DNA of 61,737 nucleotides, filler included. It is 6 parts of 6 records of this genome, joined end to end, with 100 filler letters (N's around TTAATTAATTAA, not from the genome) between each part and the next. Parts side by side here need not be neighbours in the genome. Positions count along the whole stretch, not along the records: positions 37,207 to 47,260 come from SRR20825019_2083; positions 47,361 to 53,876 come from SRR20825019_2086; 4 more parts are not named here. The stretch is one strand, 5' to 3'. Numbering within the stretch: the stretch's first letter is position 1; the number at the start of each line of letters is the position of its first letter. This document shows positions 41,533 to 50,670 of the stretch, piece after piece. The translations under genes and the position numbers were made by a program. The notes under the pieces were generated by a model. That model saw only the letters and a list, made by a program, of their open reading frames with translations. It had not been told where the DNA came from and searched no databases.

Positions 41533-43095
41533 ATGGGAAACCGCATCTACAATATATTGTTCCACACGCATACCGTAAGCGGTATCGTAATCAGCGTTGC
41601 ACTTTACGTTATTTTCTTTACAGGTTCGTTCTCCTTCTTCAGGGATGAGATTACCAATTGGCAACGCGGGCATACCGTGACCCAGGAAGATGCAATATCC
41701 GGAAGCGTGGACCAATATCTTGACGAACTCTCCAAAGAACACAATCTTTATGGTCGTGATGTGGAGCTGCGCCATTATTATAATGAAAGAAATATTTCCG
41801 TAAGCATTGGGGCTTCTCAAGACTCTCTAGCCACTGAAAAAGACAAAGCCCGCGTCTTTTTTTATTTGGATACGGTGGACAATACCAAAGGAAGCTACGA
41901 GGGCAATTACCATTTGGGCGAGTTTTTGTACCGCCTTCACTTTTTGGACCAAATCCCATATCCCTACGGCAGATATTTATCGGGATTGGTGGCCTTCTTC
42001 TTCTTATTTGCAATTATCACGGGAATCTTGGTGCATTGGAACAAGATTGTCTCCAACTTTTACACCTTCAGGCCGTGGGCCAAGATCAAAACTATTTGGA
42101 CGGATGCCCATACTGCTTTAGGGGTAATCGGTTTCCCTTTTCAATTTGTGTATGCCGTTACCGGAGCCTTCTTTTTGCTCAAGGGCGTTTTGATTCTTCC
42201 TGTGGTGATGGGAATGTACGATGGTGACCAAAACAAACTATTTGAAGACCTGGAGTACAATCATCCTGTATATGAATTTCAGAACGAGAAACTGAACAAA
42301 GAGATTCATCTTGATCAACTTGTGGGCCAAATGAAGGAGGAATGGCCCAATTTTAGAATGACCGAAACCCACATCTTTAATTACGGGGACAAAAATATGC
42401 ATGCCGCCATCAGCGGATACCTTGGTTACGAAACTAAATTAAATGGTCTTGGATACCGAATCTACAATATGGCCGATGGTTCCATCGTGGACGAAAAAGT
42501 TCCTGCGAAAAACAATTCATATTTGGATGCAGTTAAAAACATGATGTTCCGTCTTCACTTTGGTGATTATGCGGGCATCGGGCTTCGTTTAATATCTTTT
42601 ATTCTTGGACTGATCTCCTGTTTTGTTATCCTATCCGGGATCATGATCTGGCTTGTAGCTCGTGATAAAAAGAATATCCCAGAAAAACGCAGAAAATTTA
42701 ACGCACAAGTAGCCAATTGGTATATGGCCATCTGCCTTACCCTACTTCCCATTACTGCTCTAGAGTTTATCCTTGTAAAGTTTGCAACAGAAGTCAACCG
42801 CACCTTTTTGTACCAGACCTATTTTCTTGTTTGGTTAGCTGCATCTGTTTTCTTTATCCTTAAAAAGGATATTGCCTTTACCAATAAATGGACATTGATC
42901 TCTGGTGGTATTTTGGGATTGTTGGTTCCGATTGCCAACGGGATTGCATCGGGCAATTGGATTTGGATAGCCTATCAAAATGGATACCAGCACATTCTTT
43001 TGGTGGATTTGCTCTGGTTAATTTTGGGAATTGTATCGCTCTGGATAGCTTTCTTTAAACTGAATACCCCTAAAAAAGAACTCGCACCTTCCTAA
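41533..43095 (+). CDS. PepSY-associated TM helix protein (putative ferri-siderophore reductase)
   Basis: Repeated His-bearing helices HTVSG, LYRLH, DAHTALG and FRLHFG. Confidence 0.88.
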   Translation: MGNRIYNILFHTHTVSGIVISVALYVIFFTGSFSFFRDEITNWQRGHTVTQEDAISGSVDQYLDELSKEHNLYGRDVELRHYYNERNISVSIGASQDSLATEKDKARVFFYLDTVDNTKGSYEGNYHLGEFLYRLHFLDQIPYPYGRYLSGLVAFFFLFAIITGILVHWNKIVSNFYTFRPWAKIKTIWTDAHTALGVIGFPFQFVYAVTGAFFLLKGVLILPVVMGMYDGDQNKLFEDLEYNHPVYEFQNEKLNKEIHLDQLVGQMKEEWPNFRMTETHIFNYGDKNMHAAISGYLGYETKLNGLGYRIYNMADGSIVDEKVPAKNNSYLDAVKNMMFRLHFGDYAGIGLRLISFILGLISCFVILSGIMIWLVARDKKNIPEKRRKFNAQVANWYMAICLTLLPITALEFILVKFATEVNRTFLYQTYFLVWLAASVFFILKKDIAFTNKWTLISGGILGLLVPIANGIASGNWIWIAYQNGYQHILLVDLLWLILGIVSLWIAFFKLNTPKKELAPS

Positions 43096-43097
43096 AC

Positions 43098-43466
43098 CTA
43101 CTTCTTGTAAAATCCTTTATGTTTAAGCGAATAGCATTCCTGTAAAACCTCCTCCAACACCTCTTGGTCGATTTCTTCCAACGAAAAATAGCGAAGCGAT
43201 TTGACCACCTTTCGGTTTTCATTGACCATTTTATCCAAATGCAATGTGAGATGGGCCGAATTCCAAAAGGCTATGTCCACATACTTCTTTTTTTGGGAAA
43301 CATTTAAATAGCAGATGGGCTGTTTGCCCGCATAAAAGCAAGGGATGCTCCATTTATATTTCATGTCAACATCAGGAACAACAGACTCTATCACCGCTTT
43401 TAGGTGCAACAAAATGCTTCTGTAAGGTTCTGCCTGGTTGATGATATACTCTTCTGCTGGATTCAT
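43098..43466 (-). CDS. DUF1801 (YdhG-like) protein
   Basis: EEYI...L..L...I, KYKWSIPCFY and SLRY motifs. Confidence 0.75.
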   Translation of the reverse strand: MNPAEEYIINQAEPYRSILLHLKAVIESVVPDVDMKYKWSIPCFYAGKQPICYLNVSQKKKYVDIAFWNSAHLTLHLDKMVNENRKVVKSLRYFSLEEIDQEVLEEVLQECYSLKHKGFYKK

Positions 43467-43479
43467 AAAAATGACTTGC

Positions 43480-44352
43480 TTACGACCTACTTTTGAACAG
43501 CTTTTTCACCAACTTCAATATTAGAAGCGCAACAAATCCGATGACCAGCCCAAAAATAAAATCCTTTAACAAGGAGGGCAGGCTTGGGAACAAATGATGG
43601 AAAAATTCAATATTATGGGTAAAAATACCCCCTGAAACCAACAATAGGGCCAAGGTTCCAACAATTGACAAGCCTTTGATGATTTTTGGAAGTGCATTCA
43701 CCAAAACTTTACCCACCTTATCGGAGAAGCTATCCGTTTGTTCGTTCAGGTTAATGAGCTTGTAACCGTAATCGTCCATACGAACAATTAAAGCAACAAT
43801 ACCATAAACCCCAACAGTGGCCAATAACGCCACGACGGACACAGTGGCAATACGAATGGTCAATGGTTCATTGACCACGGTACTCAATGCAATAATGACA
43901 ATCTCAATAGAAAGTATGAAATCCGTGATGATGGCCTGCTTTATTTTTTGTTTCTCAAGCTCCGGCAAATCTTCTTTAGGTATTTCGGTGGGGGCGGCGT
44001 CATGGGCTTCCTCTCCTCTATGAAAAATGTACTCGTATACCTTTTCCGCCCCTTCATAAGCCAGATAGACCCCACCTAAAATTAAGATAACAGTAATAGC
44101 AACGGGCAGATAGGCACTCAACAAAAATGCTATGGGCAGAATAATCAATTTGTTCAAGAATGAACCTTTGGTAATGGCCCATAGTACGGGAATTTCCCGG
44201 CTGGATAAAAATCCCGTTGCCTTTTCGGCATTCACCGCCAAGTCATCCCCCAAAATACCTGCTGTTTTTTTTGTGGCGACCTTGCTCATCGTTGCCACAT
44301 CATCCATAAGTGCGGAAATATCATCTAAAACAGCAAAAAAACCTGATGCCAT
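43480..44352 (-). CDS. DUF808 (YedI-like) inner membrane protein
   Basis: LDDI, KKTAGILGDDLAVNAE, KGS..NK and TDFILS.EI motifs. Confidence 0.88.
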   Translation of the reverse strand: MASGFFAVLDDISALMDDVATMSKVATKKTAGILGDDLAVNAEKATGFLSSREIPVLWAITKGSFLNKLIILPIAFLLSAYLPVAITVILILGGVYLAYEGAEKVYEYIFHRGEEAHDAAPTEIPKEDLPELEKQKIKQAIITDFILSIEIVIIALSTVVNEPLTIRIATVSVVALLATVGVYGIVALIVRMDDYGYKLINLNEQTDSFSDKVGKVLVNALPKIIKGLSIVGTLALLLVSGGIFTHNIEFFHHLFPSLPSLLKDFIFGLVIGFVALLILKLVKKLFKSRS

Positions 44353-44443
44353 AAGCTTTGTTTAAGGTTAGTGATTTAAATTGGAGACAAAATAAATAAA
44401 TCCAACCTTAAGAATAATGGTCAAAATCGAAAAAACTATTGTC

Positions 44444-44899
44444 TTAAATGCCTTCCATGGACATTAAGGTGGCCGCCCAAATAATTACAGAGGAGAAAAA
44501 GATTCCGATTGTATTTGCCGCAAAAGCTTCACGTTTTTTCATTTTGAATAGGTATGCTGCTATGCTACCGGCATAAACCCCTGTACCTGGCAGGGGAATC
44601 ATAACAAACAATACAATCCCCAAGAATCCGAAACGCTGTATTTTGTTTCCCGAACCCTTTTTGGCTCTTTGACCTACGAAGACAGCGGACTTTTTATAAA
44701 AACGCCATTTGATCAAATGACGGTTGATGTATTCCAAAAAGAACATCATTAAAGGAAATACCATTACATTGGCCAAAAAACACACAATAAATACAACATA
44801 CTCATTAACCCCTTGGTACATCCCGTAGGGAATACCGACCTTGGCCTCTCCAAAAGGCGATATACTCCAAAGTGCCGCTATAATCAAATCTTTGTGCAA
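44444..44899 (-). CDS. COG2426 small multidrug-export-like membrane protein
   Basis: SPFGE...GIP and LFVMIPLPGTG.Y.G motifs. Confidence 0.8.
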   Translation of the reverse strand: MHKDLIIAALWSISPFGEAKVGIPYGMYQGVNEYVVFIVCFLANVMVFPLMMFFLEYINRHLIKWRFYKKSAVFVGQRAKKGSGNKIQRFGFLGIVLFVMIPLPGTGVYAGSIAAYLFKMKKREAFAANTIGIFFSSVIIWAATLMSMEGI

Positions 44900-45010
44900 C
44901 GTAGTTATAATTTAAGCTGACAAAATTAATCAGGAATTTACATTTTGCGTCTTTGGCAACCCTTAAAAGTTTATTAATTGTGATTTATGTAGATTAAGTT
45001 CTAAATAACT

Positions 45011-45304
45011 TTAAGCCAGGGAAGAAAATGATGAGCCATTTATAGCCTGATCAAAACCAGACAGAATTTGATTAGTATACTCCTTTGGAGTTCTATCCGA
45101 TATAGAAACCCGTTTATTGTCCACATCCACATTGAAATGAAAGCTGGAAAAGTCGGTATCGACATCCAGTCTAGACAACAGGAATCGCATAATTCTTGGT
45201 CTGAGGCTGTACTCTAAATCAATACAAGTCCTTTGCATTGCTGGATTGTCATCTCCAGAAAACACCCAATTGAATTTCACTGGCTTACGGAAATTAGGAC
45301 ACAC
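45011..45304 (-). CDS. Hypothetical protein
   Basis: 97-aa ORF filling the intergenic space, co-oriented with its neighbours. Confidence 0.55.
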   Translation of the reverse strand: MCPNFRKPVKFNWVFSGDDNPAMQRTCIDLEYSLRPRIMRFLLSRLDVDTDFSSFHFNVDVDNKRVSISDRTPKEYTNQILSGFDQAINGSSFSSLA

Positions 45305-45360
45305 AATATACTAAAAAACAGTCCACAGTCAACCTATAAGCATGTTTTTTGGACGAAGAG

Positions 45361-46566
45361 TTATTCTTTACCGTCCACGTAATCTTGTAGGTATGCATAA
45401 CGTTCGGTCAGCTTCCCATTTTGGGTCATACGGGCCCTTTCAAGAACTCCGTCTTTGTCGTTATTGAAAAACGAGGGGATTACATACTTAGAGAATGCTT
45501 CGCCAAAACCAACACTGGCATCCCTGGGCAATTCACAGGGCAAGTTGTCCACGGCCATTACGGCAATGGCATTTTCCGACATAAAATCGGTTTCTTTTTC
45601 AGAATACGGGTCATAGCCATAAATGGGGTCCGCAATGGTAGACGGACGAATGGTGGTTGCCACCGGGCCATCAATATCACAACTGATATCGGCCACTACT
45701 TTTATTTTGAATTCCGGTTGTTTGGCATCTTCCCGGGTATACAGGTATGGTGCGCCGTCACCATAAAAATGTCCCGCAATATAAAAATCTGTCACTTCGG
45801 CAAATCGGAAAAAATTTGATTTGTATTCCCCAGGGTTCTTGAAAAAATCCAATTTGTTGCCACGGACACCATCCTTACGCTTGTTATAATCAGAGGCATC
45901 TATCTGGCAATATACTGGCTCTTTGAAGGTGTCGCTCAGGTATTCGGAGACACTTACTTTTTTTAAACCCATACCATCCAACATTTCCTTTGCCCCATTG
46001 CCCACTCTACCTTTGCCGGTAAGCAATATTTTGATGTTGGGCAGCTTTATTTTTTTAAGCTCGTTAATCAAGGCCTTCTGATCCAGAAGAGACTCGGCTT
46101 TGGGCAATTGATACAGGTTATATTTTAATCCGTAAGTTCTGAACCCGTTGTAGGCTCCAACAATTCCCGCATAGCGCCCGAATGCCACCAATCTGGCCCC
46201 TTTAGCGTTGGTAATTACCTCATGATCGTACAACTCGATGTTTTTGTCCAATATGGCTCGGAGCAGTTCCCTATTGTAAGGTTGCTTTTTTATGGTATGG
46301 GAAAAAAAGAAATATTTTTTATTGGGAATCAACGCATCAATGGGAACTTCCTTTACGCCAAGTAGCACTTCGCAAACTTCCATATCATTGACCACTGATA
46401 GGCCTTTATCGGTATATTCTTGGTCTGAAAACACTCGAATTGGTGAGGATTCGACCAAAATATCGGCCTTTGGGAATTTGGACAAGACATTTTGACATTC
46501 TTCTGGGGATAGCACTACCCTGCGGTCTGGTGGATTTTTACGTTCCCTGATAATTCCGAACTTCAT
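45361..46566 (-). CDS. AlaDH/PNT-family NAD(P)-dependent oxidoreductase (saccharopine dehydrogenase / lysine-ketoglutarate reductase-like)
   Basis: GIIRE...DRRV, GVKEVP, FFSHTIKKQ, G.GRVG.GA, DISCD and AVDNLPCELPRDAS motifs. Confidence 0.82.
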   Translation of the reverse strand: MKFGIIRERKNPPDRRVVLSPEECQNVLSKFPKADILVESSPIRVFSDQEYTDKGLSVVNDMEVCEVLLGVKEVPIDALIPNKKYFFFSHTIKKQPYNRELLRAILDKNIELYDHEVITNAKGARLVAFGRYAGIVGAYNGFRTYGLKYNLYQLPKAESLLDQKALINELKKIKLPNIKILLTGKGRVGNGAKEMLDGMGLKKVSVSEYLSDTFKEPVYCQIDASDYNKRKDGVRGNKLDFFKNPGEYKSNFFRFAEVTDFYIAGHFYGDGAPYLYTREDAKQPEFKIKVVADISCDIDGPVATTIRPSTIADPIYGYDPYSEKETDFMSENAIAVMAVDNLPCELPRDASVGFGEAFSKYVIPSFFNNDKDGVLERARMTQNGKLTERYAYLQDYVDGKE

Positions 46567-46862
46567 ATAACATTTTGGTATAATTGTTGACCAAAATAAG
46601 AGGAAAAGGCAGGGTAAGCAAACTTTTTATTGTTTGATGGATATGCGTTACCTTTGCCGACCGCGTTAGGGATAGAGGCAAGTACCCTGCCTGCGGCAAG
46701 CAGGCTTGTACGGCCGATAGCCCGACCGAAATGTTGCGAAGCGATATTTGGGTAACGCTCTAAAAAGAGTTCTTTGATAAAAAAGTGAGAGATGTTTATG
46801 CCCTTCGACTTCGCTCAGGGCATAATTCGTTTACGGTAAGCTAAGCTCACCTAACTCATTAT

Positions 46863-47260
46863 GGGGCCGACCGGTTTTGACAGCAAGACCAATGGCGATG
46901 TAAGCATGCCGAGCGCTGGGATATAGCTCGTTAATCTCATGTTTCACACTTTTAATTGGCGAAAATAATTACGCTCTTGCCGCATAATCTGAATTATAGT
47001 AAGATTTGCCTCGTCCCTACAAGGTAGGGAAGCGAGATGTTCCTGAATAGCCCTTGTTGACGGCGATTCGTTTAGGAGCACCAAAAAAGTCAACACAAGG
47101 GTGTCCGCTCGCTTTGGCGACACCTCTAAAACCTAAAGAAGATAAGTGTATGTTAGGCCGTATCTGGTCAGGCATACATCGAAAATTAAGCAGATACTAA
47201 GCATGTAGAAAGCATGGTTATTGCTTGTTTGGACGAGGGTTCGAATCCCTCCGGCTCCAC
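46863..47260 (+). ncRNA. ssrA: tmRNA; last CA bases cut by the contig end
   Basis: 5' GGGGCCGACCGGTTTTGAC; tag reading frame GENNYALAA* at 46958-46987; 3' GACGAGGGTTCGAATCCCTCCGGCTCCAC. Confidence 0.97.
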
Positions 47261-47360
47261 NNNNNNNNNNNNNNNNNNNNNNNNNNNNNNNNNNNNNNNN
47301 NNNNTTAATTAATTAANNNNNNNNNNNNNNNNNNNNNNNNNNNNNNNNNNNNNNNNNNNN
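47261..47360. other. Artificial contig spacer
   Basis: N44-TTAATTAATTAA-N44. Confidence 0.99.
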
Positions 47361-47589
47361 AAAAAAAAAAAAAAAAAAAAAAAATCTTTCTATTTACAAA
47401 AAGTAAATGTCACACTGCATCAATCTAGTTTCATGGAACCAACGATGCAACCCTTGCAGTCTGAGCACCAAAGACGATTCTATGCTTGGACGGATAATCG
47501 TCCAGTTAAATATGTGGGTATGGCTGTATTAAGGCTAACTGCGAGGTCACTGCAGGTGCTCCCACAAAGGAAGGGAGAAGTCTTTCGTT

Positions 47590-48948
47590 CTAAAATGACG
47601 ACAAGTTTCCTGCTTGAAACGCTTCATCACTGAAGAAACTGGCCTGGATCTTCTGACCTCCAAAATATCTTCCATCCAGGTCTCGAACCGCTAAGACACT
47701 TGTTAGTCCCAAAAGGGTGTGCATGGTAGGCACTTACCTCTAGCTGCGGCATCAGCTCGCCGGAATTGTACATATATGAGGACACCAGCGGGATCCAACT
47801 GCATCCTATTGCGACCGTAGCCTGGCCGCCCATCTTCAAAGACTGTTACTCGATCAACTTCACCATATTTTGAGCACTCAACACGGATCTCTGGTTCAAG
47901 GCCATCATCCACTCTGTCGTTAGGGCCCACCATGTTCTTGAGCAGAACCACACGTGGGTTCGCAGCGGCAGTATTTGCCCTACGCTCAGATGATTGTACA
48001 AAGCATGGCGGACCACTTTGGCCTTGGTCTTCCTTCCGCCCCAATCCTTGCCCTTCAACATAACCCATATTTTTCATCATCTTATCGGCAATTGACTCCG
48101 ACTTTCCTGCGCTGCCCATATCGAAACCCAAACCTTGAGAAGGATACCCCAGACCTTGGACAGGTGCGGGTGCAAACGCTGGACCGGCAGTATTGGCAGA
48201 GAGCAGAGCCCTTCTTTTAAAGGCCTCCTCGCCACTGATACTTCTATTATTTGTCGCAACATCCGCATGAATGGTACTTGCTCCTCCTCCCATGCCGCCG
48301 CCGCCGCCGCCCTGATGTCCTCCCTGCAGGTTAGGATCTCCGTATTCTTCATTTGCCCAAGTTTGCCTTCCAGAATCTTCCATCTTTCGTCGCTTTGCTT
48401 TCTTTTCAGAATACGACTCGTAGTCATTTGGTCGCAAAGGATCATAGTGCTCCGTCACATCAAAAAATATTTTCTGAGGATCGACAATGACTATGGTTGG
48501 CTTTGCCGGTGCCATTTCGGGAGGGGATGACATGACTTCGTTTGCCTGAGACAAGAAAAGATACATGTAAGAGCCTTTTTGAGCCTAATGGCTAAAAATT
48601 ATACCTTGGAAGTACGGTTTGCGGTGGCAGTTTTTTCTGCCACTCTTAACACCGCGGATTTGTGTTGATTCGGTACCACAGTTGGTGGCCGGCGTTTCAA
48701 AACTGGCATCATTATTGTACTTCTAGCTCCCCACCCTATTTCGCTTGGGTGAGCACCAACACTAGCTTCAAGACTTCAGGTTTCATTAACCTACCTGGGC
48801 CACTTTTCTTTTTATCTTTCGAAGCTTCGGGGCCTGAGGGAGCAGCTCCTGATGGCTTGGGTTTCGACTTGTCCGAAGAGGCAGCCACAACCGGAGTAGG
48901 ATCGGCACCAGAAGAAGAGGGAGGTGGTAGGTCACCATATAGCGACAT
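47590..48948 (-). CDS. Eukaryotic splicing factor SPF45/RBM17/DRT111-like; 4 exons (introns 48736-48794, 48546-48604, 47691-47737)
   Basis: MSLYGDLPPP start, EHYDPLRPNDYE, SGEEAFKRR, G-patch (KMMKNMGYVEGQGLGR) and UHM/RRM (VVLLKNMVGP...ECSKYG...DLDGRYFGG). GT-AG introns restore the frame. Confidence 0.88.
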
Positions 48949-49241
48949 TTCCTAAGGCTTGGCTATGGCATAGAAAACTTCCGTCAAGTTTCCTTCTATT
49001 TTTATTTTGTCGCGGCCAAGTCTACCACCCGGTGACGACTGCCCGACTAACGGCAGACTGATGAGTTAGTCCACCGACCGATGGGCATTGGGCTAGGGTG
49101 AGACACACCGGGCCACGGTCCGGACCCACAGGCGCTCACCCGTCTTGACGACTGGGACGAAAAGGCGAGGGCGAGCCGACATGCGACTTCGCTGAGGCGC
49201 GGTATAAGACTAGTCAACTCAGCACTAAGTACAAGAAAGAA

Positions 49242-49313
49242 GGATCCATAGCTCAGTGGCAGAGCAACCGACTGCAGATCGGTAGGTCCCGTGTTCGAAT
49301 CACGGTGGGTCCT
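49242..49313 (+). tRNA. tRNA-Cys(GCA), eukaryotic, no encoded CCA
   Basis: Acceptor stem GGATCCA/TGGGTCC, U discriminator, anticodon loop CTGCAGA, T-arm GTTCGAATC; followed by a poly-T Pol III terminator. Confidence 0.95.
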
Positions 49314-49954
49314 TGATTTTTTTTTTCCATGTGGCCGCCACAATAAGCAACTGAGACTGTTCATTTCAGTCGCTTTTCCGGATGTAGAATTCCCGAGAGA
49401 TTGATATATTTATATGAGTTGCTCCTGCGGCCGTGGGCGCCAGGGCCGCACTGCCACGGGCAGGTTTAACCGAACGGTGAAGCAGCCGCTTGCCAGTCCC
49501 GCCACACGCCAGGCTGCGCCGCGGCGCCGCCACAGGGCGCGGAAGGAAGGCTGACTGACAGTACAAAAAAAAAAAAAATGCGCCACTCTTCTTGTAGGCT
49601 ATTTGGCGGTTGTGGAGATTCATAGTTGCGAATATGGTGAGGCGGAGGCCCCAGGCCAGCGTGCCAGGAACGGAAAACACCCCCGGTGGTGCGCTCTGAT
49701 CGGTCACCTCGCCGCACGCAAGCACGGTTTGCCAGCTAATGAAGAACCATTGAGGGGTCCACCGAAACAGTCAACTCCGAGGTACGCCACCTTTTTGAGG
49801 GCCGCCAGTAGTCGTAAAGTGCTCGGATGCCACAAGCACTCACGTGGTGTACGGTGTTGACGGCGTTCAGGTTTGCATTTTCTCGGCTCCGCCACTATTA
49901 AAAGTAGGATGAAGTATCATGTCTCCAAACTCCTGCACTAACTTCGCACTCGTG

Positions 49955-50665
49955 ATGAGAGTTGTCCTGGGCTCGTCGTCAAAGTGGCGTCAGGGCCTCT
50001 TCCGGGAGCATATTGGGCCCGTGGAGTGCCGCGTTGCGGATATCCCGGAGAGGGAAATAGGTGACCGCAGCAAGGACGACCCGGCCGAGTTGACAGTAAA
50101 GATCGCTCACGCCAAGGCTGATGCCATTCTTCCCACGTTCGAAAACGAGGAGGCGTCCGTGCTGATTACCAGTGACCAGGTGGGATTCATATCCGTGCCA
50201 GCTAGACCCGGAAGGGAGCTTCCGATCAATAACGTACGTTCAGGTCACTGTGCACAGGGGGAAGATCCGCGAGAAACCTCTGTCCGAAGCCGAGGCACGG
50301 GAATTCTTGCAGAGCTACGACGAGGAGAATGCAGCAGAGACGGTTTGCGGGGTGGTTGCGACGAATGTAATTGCCTGTTGCTCGAGAGCCTGCCTACCGA
50401 CTGACTTTTGATCGCCCATGCACAGACTATGACGGGGAAGCGGTTTGAGGGGGTGGACATCGCCAGGGTCTATTTTAGTCCGCTTTCCAAGGAGCAAATC
50501 GACTCACTCATAGCCAAGGGCGATGTTTTCACCACATGCGGGGGCTTCGTGGTAGAGTCCCCGGAGATGAGCGCGAACAGGGTCCGGCTGGAGGGGACGT
50601 TGGAAAGTGTTCAGGGCCTTCCTGTGCAGCTAGTCAAGGACCTCATAGAAAAGGCCAGCCAGTAA
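49955..50665 (+). CDS. Maf-like nucleotide pyrophosphatase; 3 exons (introns 50180-50243, 50367-50425)
   Basis: VVLGSSSKWR, IAHAKA, LITSDQ|V, IREKP and SVQGLP motifs. An upstream in-frame ATG at 49919 is also possible. Confidence 0.88.
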
Positions 50666-50670
50666 ATGGG

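Noticed and set aside
47361-47384. A24 run as an mRNA poly(A) tail
   Set aside because: Wrong strand for the adjacent minus-strand gene, and the contig retains introns; likely a genomic homopolymer at an assembly break
49047-49364. 105-aa minus-strand ORF
   Set aside because: Antisense to tRNA-Cys; spurious
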